Shown here piece by piece: positions 20,781-31,383 of a stretch of DNA of 64,000 bases. A model generated the notes under the pieces. That model made no database searches and was not told the DNA's origin. It worked only from the letters and a program-made list of their open reading frames with translations. This DNA is from an uncultured Sangeribacter sp. GTDB lineage: Bacteria > Bacteroidota > Bacteroidia > Bacteroidales > Muribaculaceae. The DNA lies in contig CAZWJO010000001.1 in assembly GCA_964634905.1 (NCBI GenBank), positions 4,479 to 68,478 on the forward strand, read 5' to 3'. The first letter of the stretch is position 1. Every line of letters starts with the position of its first letter. The translations under genes and the position numbers were made by a program.

Positions 20781-21548
20781 ATGCAATTAAATCTTATACG
20801 ACCCATTATCTTCTTTGATTTGGAGACCACAGGCACAAGCGTTACGGCTGATAGAATCGTAGAAATTTCTATTATCAAGGTTTTCCCAGATGGTCATACT
20901 GAAGAGAAGACAAGGCGTATCAATCCTGAATGTCACATACCGGAAGAAAGCACCGCAATCCATCATATATCTGATGAAGACGTTAAGAATGCCCCGACAT
21001 TCCGACAGATAGCTAAATCTCTTCACGAACTTTTTTCAGACAGCGATATTGCTGGTTTCAACTCCAACAAATTCGATGTGCCTCTTTTGATTGAGGAATT
21101 TGGACGAGCTGGGTTGCAGTTTGACGTCGCTGGTAGGAATTTCGTGGATGTGCAAGGTATTTTCCATAAGATGGAACAACGAACCCTCGTAGCGGCTTAT
21201 CGCTTTTATTGCGGTAAGGAACTGACCGACGCTCACTCAGCCAACGCCGACACCCGCGCAACATACGAAGTCCTTTTAAGCCAGCTTGACCGCTATCCTG
21301 AACTCAAAAATGACGTCAAAGCTTTGGCTGAATTTTCAAGTGGGGGAAGAAATGTAGATCTTGCTGGACGTATGATCTATGATGACAACCATGAACCGAT
21401 CTTTAATTTTGGCAAGAACAAAGGGAGAAAAGTTAAAGATGTTGTTCGCCACGAACCGGGATTCATCCAATGGATTATGCAGGGTGACTTCCCAAAAGAG
21501 ACTAAGGATCAATTGCGCAGGCTACAGTACGAATACCTCAAAAAATAA
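20781..21548 (+). CDS. DEDDh 3'-5' exonuclease (DNA pol III epsilon-like)
   Basis: FFDLETTG, GFNSNKFD, AHSANAD. Confidence 0.9.
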   Translation: MQLNLIRPIIFFDLETTGTSVTADRIVEISIIKVFPDGHTEEKTRRINPECHIPEESTAIHHISDEDVKNAPTFRQIAKSLHELFSDSDIAGFNSNKFDVPLLIEEFGRAGLQFDVAGRNFVDVQGIFHKMEQRTLVAAYRFYCGKELTDAHSANADTRATYEVLLSQLDRYPELKNDVKALAEFSSGGRNVDLAGRMIYDDNHEPIFNFGKNKGRKVKDVVRHEPGFIQWIMQGDFPKETKDQLRRLQYEYLKK

Positions 21549-21554
21549 GACTCT

Positions 21555-22760
21555 ATGCAGACCTTGAAGGGGAAACATATTGTGCTTGGAATTTCCGGAG
21601 GGATTGCAGCTTACAAAAGTGCTTATCTTCTGCGACTTTTCATAAAGGCGGGTGCCGAAGTGCAGGTCGTCATAACTCCTAATGGTAAGGAATTCATAAC
21701 TCCTGCTACTCTTGCTGCTTTGAGCGGAAAACCGGTAGTGTCAGAGTTTTTCGCTGCTAACACGGGTGAATGGCATTCCCATGTAGATTTGGGACTATGG
21801 TCCGATCTTATGGTGATTGCGCCAGCCACTGCTTCCACAATAGGTAAAATGGCAAATGGTATTGCCGACAATATGCTCATCACTACCTATCTTTCGGCAA
21901 AAAGCCATGTAATGGTGGCTCCTGCAATGGATTTAGATATGTGGGCGCATCCATCCACACAAAGAAATGTTGCTACTCTCGAAAAGGATGGTGTGGAGAT
22001 AATTCAGCCTGCAGATGGTGAACTTGCAAGTCACTTAATCGGAAAGGGACGAATGGAAGAGCCCGAAGGCATTTTGAAAAGAGTGGAGCTTTTTTTTGCA
22101 CATAAGGAGAGTTTACGAGGGAAAAAAATTTTAGTGACCGCTGGTCCGACTTATGAAAATATTGATCCTGTCAGATTCATAGGCAACTATTCAAGTGGTA
22201 AAATGGGATTTGCCATAGCTGAAGAGGCTGCTTCAAGAGGAGCCGATGTCATATTGGTAACAGGTCCTGTCGCCTTGGAAACGAAAAATAATAGCATCAA
22301 AAGAATTGACGTAATAAGTGCGCGTCAGATGCTTGAGGAAGCTGAGAACGCATTTGAAAGTTGCGATGCGGCAATTCTTTCAGCGGCAGTGGCCGACTAT
22401 GCTCCTGAAGAATGTCACGAAACTAAAATAAAGCGAGAAAAGACGGATGGCATAGCTCTTAAACTTGTCAAAAATCCTGATATAGCTGCCCATCTTGGAG
22501 CTATTAAGGGAAATCGGATTCTGGTAGGCTTTGCTCTTGAGACCGATCATGAGCATGAGAATGCCATAGAGAAGATGAGAAAAAAGTCATTAGATATGAT
22601 TGTGCTCAACTCTCTCAGAAATCCTCTTGCCGGCTTTAATAAAGACACAAATCAAATCTGTATCCTAAAGAATGATGGCTCTGAAACCGCATATCCTGCA
22701 AAGAGCAAGAAAGACGTGGCCAAAGATATTTTGGACGCATTGGAAGAATTTCAAAACTGA
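21555..22760 (+). CDS. coaBC: Bifunctional phosphopantothenoylcysteine decarboxylase/ligase
   Basis: GGIAAYK, APAMD, TAGPTYENIDPVRFIGNYSSGKMG, GFALET. Confidence 0.97.
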   Translation: MQTLKGKHIVLGISGGIAAYKSAYLLRLFIKAGAEVQVVITPNGKEFITPATLAALSGKPVVSEFFAANTGEWHSHVDLGLWSDLMVIAPATASTIGKMANGIADNMLITTYLSAKSHVMVAPAMDLDMWAHPSTQRNVATLEKDGVEIIQPADGELASHLIGKGRMEEPEGILKRVELFFAHKESLRGKKILVTAGPTYENIDPVRFIGNYSSGKMGFAIAEEAASRGADVILVTGPVALETKNNSIKRIDVISARQMLEEAENAFESCDAAILSAAVADYAPEECHETKIKREKTDGIALKLVKNPDIAAHLGAIKGNRILVGFALETDHEHENAIEKMRKKSLDMIVLNSLRNPLAGFNKDTNQICILKNDGSETAYPAKSKKDVAKDILDALEEFQN

Positions 22761-22781
22761 TAATTTGAAAGAAGGAAAGAG

Positions 22782-23702
22782 ATGAAGGTTAATAAATTAT
22801 TGAAACATACTCTGTCATTAATTGCACTGATACTGTCATCAGGGGCATTTGCCCAAGAAATTAATTGCACAGTTGAGGTCAACGCCCAAAAAATTGAGGG
22901 TGGATCTAAATCTGTGTTCCAAACTCTTCAGGAAGCGATGACAGAATATATGAATGAGACCAGATTCTCAAATGCGACTTTCTCAAACAACGAGAAAATT
23001 GATTGTCGGCTTTTTCTCACTGTCAGTGAATACACTGATGACCGAATCACCGGCGATCTTCAAGTGCAGCTTTCTCGACCTGTGTATAATTCCACCTACA
23101 CCACGACTCTTTTCAATTTCAAAGACAACAGAATTAGCTTTGAATACAGAGAAGGAGAACCGCTGATATTCAACAACACGACCATCGATAATAATCTTAC
23201 GGCGATACTCAATTATTACGCTTATCTTTTCTTAGCTCTTGATTTTGACAGTTTCTCTCCTTTGGGAGGCGAACCTTATTATGAAAGGGCTGCTTCTGTG
23301 GTCCAGGCTGCCCAAAGTCTTGGAGAGATAGGTTGGAAGGCTTTTGAAGATCCTAAAAATAGAAGTGGAGTGCTGACTTCGTTTACTTCTCCTTCTACTT
23401 CCTCCTACCGACAGATGCTTTACGACTATCACCGAAAAGGTCTTGATGAGATGGTCACGTCGCCTGATAAAGGACGCGCTTCTATCACATCTTCTCTCAA
23501 TGCATTGGAGAATGTCTACAAAGCCGACCCGATGTCGGCTGCCCTTTCTATTTTCAGAGACTCAAAACTTGATGAACTTGTCAATGTTTACTCAAAAGCA
23601 CCTCAGACAGAACGGGATCTTGTCTATAAATTGCTTCAGCCGATATATCCCGCAGAAAATGAACGGTTGACAAAAATAAAGAAGGGAGATGAGAATAATT
23701 AA
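22782..23702 (+). CDS. DUF4835 family protein (PorD-like)
   Basis: Signal peptide, then QEINCTVEVN; RPVYNS, YHRKGLD. Lies between coaBC and recN, as I recall for Bacteroidetes. Confidence 0.8.
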   Translation: MKVNKLLKHTLSLIALILSSGAFAQEINCTVEVNAQKIEGGSKSVFQTLQEAMTEYMNETRFSNATFSNNEKIDCRLFLTVSEYTDDRITGDLQVQLSRPVYNSTYTTTLFNFKDNRISFEYREGEPLIFNNTTIDNNLTAILNYYAYLFLALDFDSFSPLGGEPYYERAASVVQAAQSLGEIGWKAFEDPKNRSGVLTSFTSPSTSSYRQMLYDYHRKGLDEMVTSPDKGRASITSSLNALENVYKADPMSAALSIFRDSKLDELVNVYSKAPQTERDLVYKLLQPIYPAENERLTKIKKGDENN

Positions 23703-23720
23703 ATAAGGAGGGAATAGAAG

Positions 23721-25394
23721 ATGATCAGACAACTCTCAATTTACAACTATGCATTGATTGATAGTGTGGAGCTATCTCTTAATGAAGGATTGACAATCTT
23801 GACAGGCGAGACCGGAGCGGGCAAATCTGTCATGATGGGTGCAATTTCTCTTCTCATGGGAGAGAGGGCTGATAGCAAAGTTCTTGCTAATCGTGAAGGT
23901 AAAGCTGTAATAGAAGGTGTTTTTGACTCTGTCTCTCCCAATCTTAAGGATATATTTGATGCCAATGATCTTGACTGGAATGATGGACAGATCATAGTAC
24001 GAAGGGAAATCTCAGCTAATGGACGAAGCCGTGCGTTCATAAATGATACCCCCGTCACTCTTCCTTTGCTGACTGAAGTTGCAGGGGGATTGGTAGACAT
24101 ACACTCTCAACATTCAAACCGATTATTGTCGAAACCGGAATATCAACTTAGTATCATTGATTCTATTGCTGACAATGGCGATCTACTCGCTGATTATAAA
24201 AAAGATTTCAATAAATTCGTAGGGTTGAGGAATAAAATAAAAAAACTTCGTGAGGCAATCGAACGCAATCGGGAAAACAGAGAATTGCGTGCATTTCAAC
24301 TTGAACAGCTTATCAAAATTAATCCAAAAAGGGGAGAATTGGAAGAAGTAGAAAAAGAATACGACATTCTCTCCGATGCGGACGACCTTCGAAGCCGAAT
24401 CAATCAAGCCGCGTTGCTGATTTCATTGGCCGATAACTCTGCTTTATCAATAATTGGCGATGCCGGTGCTTGCATCGATGGCATTGATTTTTCTCTTTTC
24501 AATGGAATTGGAGGTGAAGATCAAATAGGAATTATTGAACGCCTCAGAAATGTCTACATAGAACTTAAGGACATCGGAGACTCCCTCTCAAAAATTGCAT
24601 CAGAAATAGAGTCAGATCCAATAAAACTTGCAAAGGCCGACGAGCGTCTCAAAGAACTTTATGAGGCCGTGAAAAGATTTAAATTTGCTGATTACGATAA
24701 GCTCGTAGATCTTTACGACTCCCTGAAAAAGGAAAAAGACGTGGGATCTGACAATTTAGAAGAACTCAATTTATTGGAGTCAGAGGCAAGATTTTTAAGT
24801 GAAGTACTAAAAAAGAAAGCAGAAGAGATAAGTATCTCAAGAAGGAACGCAGCTAACAAATTTGAAGAGATTCTTACCAATGATGCTCGACCTCTTGGGT
24901 TAAAAAATCTACGATTCTCGGTAAGCTTTTCGGTAGGCAAACTCACACCAGAAGGAAAAGATACAGTTGAATTCCTGTGTGCATTCAACAAGAACCAGCC
25001 ACTTATGCCTCTATCCCAAACTGCATCCGGGGGAGAAATGGCACGTCTGACTCTTTGCATAAAAGCAATCACAGCAAACAAACTTAAGCTTCCAACGGTC
25101 ATATTCGACGAGATTGATACGGGAGTCTCAGGTGATATTGCTGACCGTATGGGATCCATGATGGCTGAGATAGCTTTGGGTATGCAAGTATTCGCTATAA
25201 CCCATCTGCCTCAGGTAGCTGTAAAGGGAAAATCACATTTGCTTGTCTACAAACATGATGAAGGTGAGCGCACAGTCAGCAATGTTAAGGTTCTGGATAA
25301 AGATGGAAGAGTAAAAGAAATCGCCAGAATGCTATCAGGTAAAGAAATCAATGAAGCTGCCCTAAAGAATGCTAAAGCATTATTGAAAGGATAA
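23721..25394 (+). CDS. recN: DNA repair protein RecN
   Basis: TGETGAGKS, ASGGE, IFDEIDTGVSG, ITHLPQVA. Confidence 0.97.
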   Translation: MIRQLSIYNYALIDSVELSLNEGLTILTGETGAGKSVMMGAISLLMGERADSKVLANREGKAVIEGVFDSVSPNLKDIFDANDLDWNDGQIIVRREISANGRSRAFINDTPVTLPLLTEVAGGLVDIHSQHSNRLLSKPEYQLSIIDSIADNGDLLADYKKDFNKFVGLRNKIKKLREAIERNRENRELRAFQLEQLIKINPKRGELEEVEKEYDILSDADDLRSRINQAALLISLADNSALSIIGDAGACIDGIDFSLFNGIGGEDQIGIIERLRNVYIELKDIGDSLSKIASEIESDPIKLAKADERLKELYEAVKRFKFADYDKLVDLYDSLKKEKDVGSDNLEELNLLESEARFLSEVLKKKAEEISISRRNAANKFEEILTNDARPLGLKNLRFSVSFSVGKLTPEGKDTVEFLCAFNKNQPLMPLSQTASGGEMARLTLCIKAITANKLKLPTVIFDEIDTGVSGDIADRMGSMMAEIALGMQVFAITHLPQVAVKGKSHLLVYKHDEGERTVSNVKVLDKDGRVKEIARMLSGKEINEAALKNAKALLKG

Positions 25395-25474
25395 ACTTCG
25401 ATATAAAATCCAAAAAACAATTAATTAAATTGTTAAATTCTATTATAATACTTTTTGATTGAATTTCATCGAAA

Positions 25475-25502
25475 TATAATTATGCATTATGAAATTTGCA
25501 TT
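25475..25502. repeat. 7-bp tandem repeat (ATGCATT-like)
   Basis: TATAATT ATGCATT ATGAAAT TTGCATT. The 17-mer TAATTATGCATTATGAA recurs exactly at 33593-33609. Confidence 0.6.
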
Positions 25503-25514
25503 AAAACTTAAGAT

Positions 25515-26267
25515 ATGGAAAAGAGCGACTATATTTTTGGACTTCGGGCTATAATAGAAGCTATTGAGGCGGGGAAAGATATAGATAAAATTCTTATTAA
25601 GACGGATTTAAACGGTGATTTATCAAGAGAACTCCTTGGAAAAGCAAAGGCATACGGCATTTTAGTGAAGCGAGTTCCTCAAGAGAAACTCAATAGGATC
25701 ACTATGAAAAATCATCAAGGTGCTATTGCTGTTCTTGCCGCTGTGCCTTACCATAAACTCGACAACATTATCCCTTTGCTTTATGAAGAAGGTAAGAATC
25801 CTTTGATGGTGGTGCTTGACGGAGTGACCGACATTAGGAACTTTGGTGCCATTGCAAGGACTGCATGCTGCGCAGGGGCAAATGCCATAGTGATTCCATC
25901 CCATAATTCTGTCTCAATCACTGCAGATGCTATAAAGACTTCTGCAGGTGCTCTTTTCCATATTCCGGTATGCAGGGAAAAAAGTACTCTCGATGCAGTA
26001 AAGAAGTTAAAAGAATATGGTTATAAAATAGTTGCATCTACTGAAAAAGGGGCTCGTAATTATACAGAGACTGACTTTTGTGTGCCTGTGGCAATCGTCA
26101 TGGGGGCAGAAGAGACTGGAATTTCTGACGATGTGTTGAGAGCGGCCGATGACTTAGCTGCTATTCCAATACTTGGCAAGATTAGCTCTCTCAATGTGTC
26201 GGTAGCTGCAGGAATCATGATCTATGAAGCGATAAGGCAAAGAAATATGAGAAAAAGTTTGGAATAA
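25515..26267 (+). CDS. rlmB: 23S rRNA Gm2251 methyltransferase
   Basis: NHQG, LDGVTDIRNFGAIARTA, MGAEETG, SSLNVSVAAG. Confidence 0.93.
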   Translation: MEKSDYIFGLRAIIEAIEAGKDIDKILIKTDLNGDLSRELLGKAKAYGILVKRVPQEKLNRITMKNHQGAIAVLAAVPYHKLDNIIPLLYEEGKNPLMVVLDGVTDIRNFGAIARTACCAGANAIVIPSHNSVSITADAIKTSAGALFHIPVCREKSTLDAVKKLKEYGYKIVASTEKGARNYTETDFCVPVAIVMGAEETGISDDVLRAADDLAAIPILGKISSLNVSVAAGIMIYEAIRQRNMRKSLE

Positions 26268-26353
26268 TCAAAGTAAAATATTAACTTTGCAACTAATTTG
26301 ATACTTACTCCAGCTCGAGTGTTGGTGTATATGACGTTATAAATCAATTATGT

Positions 26354-27757
26354 ATGATCAATAGAGTTCTCATAAGGATTAAAGTGGTGCAACTGCTTTA
26401 TTCATATTTTCTTGTGCAAAACAACTTTTCAGTGCAGTCTTCGCCATCTGCTCCAACTAAAGAAAAGCGTTTTGCCTACACACTCTATCTCGACTACCTC
26501 TACTTAATGGTATCTATCGCAGAGTCTATAAATCAGCGAAGTAAATATTCGCCTCTTTATGAGACAAGATTTATCCAACGCTTATTGACCGATAATATTC
26601 TGAAGTCGGTCGGAAATAAATATGCTAATGGATTTTTTCCTTTTGAAAATACAATAGAAGACCTCTGTGAACGAATAAAAAATTCTGCCATATATAAGAA
26701 TTTTGTAAAAGATCCAAAAGCAGACTCAAAGATATGGCACGATTTATTCCGCCATTTTATATCTGTTGATCCTCAGATCAGTAAGATAGTGGAAGGATAC
26801 GAAAACTACTCCCTAAGAGGAGTAGACAGAGCCAAAGAAATGGTTGTGCAGACTTTTACTGAATTTGCTTCAAGCCAAGACAATATAATTGATGGTTTGG
26901 CCGATCTAAAAGCAAGTTTAGAAAAAGCAAGAGAACTCTATTTTCGACTACTGATTCTTCCAATAGACATCACTTATCAGAGGGAAGTAGATCTTGACGA
27001 ACGTCGCCATCGCTATTTAAAGAACAATGACGACTTGTATCCTAATCCCAAGTTTATTGACAATGAGCTTGTGAAACTACTTAGTAATGATGATGAGATT
27101 AAGGAGTATGCTGAAAAGCATAAGATTTCATGGATAGAACAAGATCGAGATTTAATCAAGCATTTAGTTAAGCAGATTACCGAGTCTGATCTTTATAAGG
27201 AATATATGGATAATTCTGTCAGTGACCTCCATGAAGACTGTGAGTTCTGGAAAAAGGCATTGCGAAATATTATCCTTAATGACTCAAAATTTTTAGAAAG
27301 GCTTGAGACAATGTCAGTATTTTGGAACGACGACCTTGATATAATGGGAGAGTTCGCCCTGAAGACTTTCCGGAGATTTGAGGAAAAAGCATCTTCTCCC
27401 GATAGTAAGATTCAAGACCCCGTCTTACCAATGTACAAAGACAGCGAGGACGCTAAATTCGGGAAAGAACTTTTTGAAGCAACTGTAAAAAAACATGCTA
27501 TCTATCGTGGTTACATAGATGAAGCGTTGAACCGTCAACATTGGGATTCTGAACGACTTGCATATATGGACGTCGTAATCATGGAGACGGCTCTTGCAGA
27601 AATCTTTAATTTCCCGAAGATTCCTCTTCAGGCCTCTTTGAATGAATACATAGAGATTGCTAAGAGCTATTCATCTGCAAAGAGCGGATCTTTTATCAAT
27701 GGTCTGCTTGCATCAGTAATAAGCAACTTAAAGGAAAGTGGAAAACTAAGAAAATAA
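26354..27757 (+). CDS. nusB: NusB-like transcription antitermination protein, extended by an internal duplication
   Basis: MINRVLIRIKVVQLLY N-terminus; WDSERLAYMD, LNEYIEIAKSYS and FINGLL C-terminus. Upstream of yajC; TAACTTTG -7 element at 26282-26289. Confidence 0.88.
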   Translation: MINRVLIRIKVVQLLYSYFLVQNNFSVQSSPSAPTKEKRFAYTLYLDYLYLMVSIAESINQRSKYSPLYETRFIQRLLTDNILKSVGNKYANGFFPFENTIEDLCERIKNSAIYKNFVKDPKADSKIWHDLFRHFISVDPQISKIVEGYENYSLRGVDRAKEMVVQTFTEFASSQDNIIDGLADLKASLEKARELYFRLLILPIDITYQREVDLDERRHRYLKNNDDLYPNPKFIDNELVKLLSNDDEIKEYAEKHKISWIEQDRDLIKHLVKQITESDLYKEYMDNSVSDLHEDCEFWKKALRNIILNDSKFLERLETMSVFWNDDLDIMGEFALKTFRRFEEKASSPDSKIQDPVLPMYKDSEDAKFGKELFEATVKKHAIYRGYIDEALNRQHWDSERLAYMDVVIMETALAEIFNFPKIPLQASLNEYIEIAKSYSSAKSGSFINGLLASVISNLKESGKLRK

Positions 27758-27776
27758 ATAATAAAAACAAACAGAA

Positions 27777-28088
27777 ATGAATTCAATTCTTCTTCAGCAA
27801 GCTGGTGGTGGCGGAGGCCTAAGCGGAATGCTCATGATTGTGGCAATGATTGTCATTTTCTATTTCTTCATGATCCGCCCCCAGCAGAAAAAACAAAAAG
27901 AAATCAAGAAAGCGCGTGAAGCTATGAAGACCGGCGACCGTATTGTGACAGCAGGTGGCATTCATGGAAAGCTTAAAGAAATCTCCGACACGACTGTCAT
28001 GATTGAAGTAGCTCCTGGCGTTCAGATGAAAGTTGACAAAGGTTCCGTATATCCTGCTGGTGTTGAAAATCCCAATGCTCAACAGTAA
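27777..28088 (+). CDS. yajC: Preprotein translocase subunit YajC
   Basis: FYFFMIRPQQKKQK, GDRIVTAGGIHG. Confidence 0.97.
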   Translation: MNSILLQQAGGGGGLSGMLMIVAMIVIFYFFMIRPQQKKQKEIKKAREAMKTGDRIVTAGGIHGKLKEISDTTVMIEVAPGVQMKVDKGSVYPAGVENPNAQQ

Positions 28089-28115
28089 GAACTGATTGTT
28101 TCCGCGAAAAGCAGT

Positions 28116-29093
28116 ATGCAAAAGAATTTTCTAAACTCAATAGGAAGATGGAGTAAACAACTCCGGAAGTCTTCAAGATTCCGGAGTATGCTGACTTTTG
28201 CGGTTTTTGTTGGGATTGCAGCTTTATTTTGGTTAATATTGACTCTTAACGATTCAGTCCAAGATGGCTGTATCGTGAATGTGAAAATTATCAACCAACC
28301 TGATTCAATCACATTCATATCAAATGTCCCAAAGACAATTCATGTCGAAGTTAAGGATAAGGGATCAAGTTTGATGCGGACGATGTGGATGAAAACACCT
28401 ACACTTTCTCTCAATTTTAGGGAACTTGCTGAAAATGGGCAGATGTTATGCTCTCGTTCTGATATAATGGCGGCATTAAAGGAAACTTTCGGAAGTAGTG
28501 CTACAATCCTGTCAAGCAGTTTAGACTCATTGCGTCTGATATATACCGATCGGCCGGGAAAGTCTATTCCTGTGATTGCCGAAGTTAATGCAAGTGCAAA
28601 GGCAGGGTATATTGTCTGTGGGATGCCCGTATCCGATCCACCACGCGTGACAGCTTACGGTCCCAGAGAAATCTTAGATACTCTTCATCGTGTGAAGACA
28701 AAATCGTATGTGGAGCAAGATCTTTCAGAGACAAAAAGTTTTATCTCAGAACTCAAGACTATTCCCGGAATAAGGCTTATTCCAGCCACAGTCAATGTCA
28801 AAGTCAATGTCGAACCTCTCGTGGCTAAGGAAGTCATGGTGACAGTAATGGCAGAGAACGTACCGCAAGATGAAAATTTGCTTCTATTTCCATCGAATGT
28901 GAGGGTAAGCTATTATGTACCCATGAGTGAATTTTCTGACGACAAAAAAGCCGTTAGGGTTGTCGTGGATTACAATGATCTCATGGGGCATAGAGGGGAA
29001 CGCCTTCCTCTTCGAATAGAGCATGTCAGTGGGATCACTGCTGTTAATCCTCGTCTTCATTCAGACTCTGTGGAATACACTCTTGTCAGATAA
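28116..29093 (+). CDS. YbbR/CdaR-like protein
   Basis: One N-terminal TM helix then repeated beta-rich YbbR-like units (PPRVTAYGP, PATVNVKVNVE). Confidence 0.75.
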   Translation: MQKNFLNSIGRWSKQLRKSSRFRSMLTFAVFVGIAALFWLILTLNDSVQDGCIVNVKIINQPDSITFISNVPKTIHVEVKDKGSSLMRTMWMKTPTLSLNFRELAENGQMLCSRSDIMAALKETFGSSATILSSSLDSLRLIYTDRPGKSIPVIAEVNASAKAGYIVCGMPVSDPPRVTAYGPREILDTLHRVKTKSYVEQDLSETKSFISELKTIPGIRLIPATVNVKVNVEPLVAKEVMVTVMAENVPQDENLLLFPSNVRVSYYVPMSEFSDDKKAVRVVVDYNDLMGHRGERLPLRIEHVSGITAVNPRLHSDSVEYTLVR

Positions 29094-29143
29094 CCGGACA
29101 CAACAAAATACTTTAACGTTTCAATAGTAATTAATATAGAATT

Positions 29144-29575
29144 ATGCTTAAAGAAATACTTTCCATCACAGGTAAGCCCGGACTTTTCAAAATCATCACT
29201 CCGGGAAAAAGGACTCTTCTTGTAGAAGACATGGTAAGCAAAAAGAGATTTCCGCTCGGTGCTCGCGATAGAGTGGTTTGTCTCGGCGACATCGCAATGT
29301 ATACTGTTGGGGAAGACCTTCCTCTTGACAAGATTCTTGACAGAGTCTATGCTATAGAAGAAGGTAAAAGAATCGATGTAAAGGCGATGGACAACGATAT
29401 GCTACGAGAGGAATTTGCTAAAGCTGTAGAAGATTTTGACCGTGATAGAGTATATCCGTCCGATATCAAAAAACTCTTTAACTGGTATAATCTTCTAATT
29501 TCTGAAGGCTTCACAAAATTTACTGAAGATGAGATGGAAGATTCTGAGGAAACTTCAACAGAAACTGTTGAATAA
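29144..29575 (+). CDS. Conserved Bacteroidetes protein (DUF5606-like)
   Basis: ILSITGKPGLFK, DIAMYT, DRVYPSDIKKLFNWYNLL. Confidence 0.75.
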   Translation: MLKEILSITGKPGLFKIITPGKRTLLVEDMVSKKRFPLGARDRVVCLGDIAMYTVGEDLPLDKILDRVYAIEEGKRIDVKAMDNDMLREEFAKAVEDFDRDRVYPSDIKKLFNWYNLLISEGFTKFTEDEMEDSEETSTETVE

Positions 29576-29605
29576 TATAATATTAACTTATAAATCAATT
29601 TAATC

Positions 29606-31210
29606 ATGAAGAAAGTATTACTTTATGCCGGTTTTTCGGCTGTTAGCCTTTGTGCTTTTGCAGCGGCACCGGAACCTGCTTCTATGGCAGATACCAGAGT
29701 TCTATCCATCTCTTCCAACGGCAAATATGCAGTATCAATGGGAGCGTATGGAGGTATGGCAATCATAAATCTTACCGATCTTGCAAACATAAATCCAACT
29801 GAGTATATTTATGAAGATTATACTCCTGGACATGGTAAATGTATCAGTGACACAGGTATAGCTGTGGGCGTATCTGAACAAGGATTGCCAGAATATTGGA
29901 AAGAAGGCGAATGGCATACACTTCCGATGCCTGAGGACGTTGTCAGTTCAAATCTTGCCACTGCTATAACCCCCGACGGAAGCCGTATTTGTGGCCTTCT
30001 GGGAATATCTCCCATGGTTTATGATGAAGATGCGCTCATGAAGGTGCCATGTGTTTGGGAAGCTGATGGAGATGGATATTCTGTGCCTATTCTCCTTCCT
30101 CATCCGGATTTTGACTTCTCTGACCGTGTACCTCAATATATCACTGCAAATGATATTTCCGCTGATGGTAAGGTAATAGTAGGTCAAGTTATCGATGCTG
30201 TCGGCATGATCAACTATCCGATCATATATAAAGAAAATGAAAATGGAGAGTGGAATTACGAGCTCCCTTATCTATCCCTAATCAATCCCGACGGAATCGA
30301 TATCCCGAAATTCCCGGGAGAGGGTCCAATGATGCCTACTCAGGAAAATTATATGACTCCTGACGAGATGCAAGCATACAATGAAGCCTATCAGGCTTAC
30401 ATCAATTCCAATTATCAGCTTCCTTATCCGAAATATGAGGATTACATGTCTGAAAAAGAGCTCGAAGAATACCAAGCTGCTTATGACAAATTTGTAAAAG
30501 AAAATGATGTGTGGGATGCTGCTTATAATAATTGGGCAGTAGCATATCAAGAAATTGCTAATAATTCTCCTGCTTTCGTCTTCAATTCTATTCTTATTTC
30601 CCCGGATGGTAAGTCTTTCGGTTGCACCAATGAAGTAGTTGATTTGGATACTCCGAGTCCTTCAGGGTGGGGATTTGCTGTTCAACATCATGTTTGGATA
30701 TTTGATGTAGATTCTTATGGAATAAAAAAATACGAAGGTGAAGACCTCAATCTCACATGGTTATGTGATGAGGGTGTGACTCTTGCAGCTACTTCTGTCA
30801 ACACAGTAAGCAACTCTTTCGTTCTCAAAAATGGAGAAGTCACAGACATGCTTACATGGATGCAATCCCAAAATCCGGAATATGCTTCTTGGATGGAGGA
30901 GAATATGACTTATCCTTACGAAATTTATAACTGGGATACAGGTGAAGTTGAGTATAAAGAAGAGCTCATGACAGGCCGTGCGGTGGCTACCCCAGATCTT
31001 TCTCGTCTGGTGCTTTCTGTAGAAAATATTTGGGACTTCATGGATAATGGGGAGACCTACATATTCGATATGAATGTGGGAAGCAGTGTAGATGCAATCA
31101 ATCCGGCTATTGAAAAGAAGACTATATACGATCTTTCCGGTCGGAAGTTAAACAATGTTGCCGCTCCTGGTATCTACATCATCAATGGAGAAAAGAAAGT
31201 AATCCGCTAA
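29606..31210 (+). CDS. Secreted beta-propeller-like protein with short T9SS-type C-terminal tail
   Basis: Signal peptide; repeated ISxDG/ITPDG blades; ends IYDLSGRKL...PGIYIINGEKKVIR. Confidence 0.7.
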   Translation: MKKVLLYAGFSAVSLCAFAAAPEPASMADTRVLSISSNGKYAVSMGAYGGMAIINLTDLANINPTEYIYEDYTPGHGKCISDTGIAVGVSEQGLPEYWKEGEWHTLPMPEDVVSSNLATAITPDGSRICGLLGISPMVYDEDALMKVPCVWEADGDGYSVPILLPHPDFDFSDRVPQYITANDISADGKVIVGQVIDAVGMINYPIIYKENENGEWNYELPYLSLINPDGIDIPKFPGEGPMMPTQENYMTPDEMQAYNEAYQAYINSNYQLPYPKYEDYMSEKELEEYQAAYDKFVKENDVWDAAYNNWAVAYQEIANNSPAFVFNSILISPDGKSFGCTNEVVDLDTPSPSGWGFAVQHHVWIFDVDSYGIKKYEGEDLNLTWLCDEGVTLAATSVNTVSNSFVLKNGEVTDMLTWMQSQNPEYASWMEENMTYPYEIYNWDTGEVEYKEELMTGRAVATPDLSRLVLSVENIWDFMDNGETYIFDMNVGSSVDAINPAIEKKTIYDLSGRKLNNVAAPGIYIINGEKKVIR

Positions 31211-31258
31211 TATGCTAATAATGCTATAATCATTAACGCAATTATGCTATAACACTTC

Positions 31259-31289
31259 AGGCGATCCGCAACTTCGGATCGCCTTTTTT
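31259..31289 (+). terminator. Rho-independent terminator
   Basis: AGGCGATCCG-CAACTT-CGGATCGCCT followed by a T-tract. Confidence 0.9.
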
Positions 31290-31383
31290 AATTCAATTAA
31301 GCATTACCTATTAAGCATCACGAATGGTGAATTATAAATTATGTTAATCCCAAATCTATAATTTTTCTCGTTTGTTTTATTTT

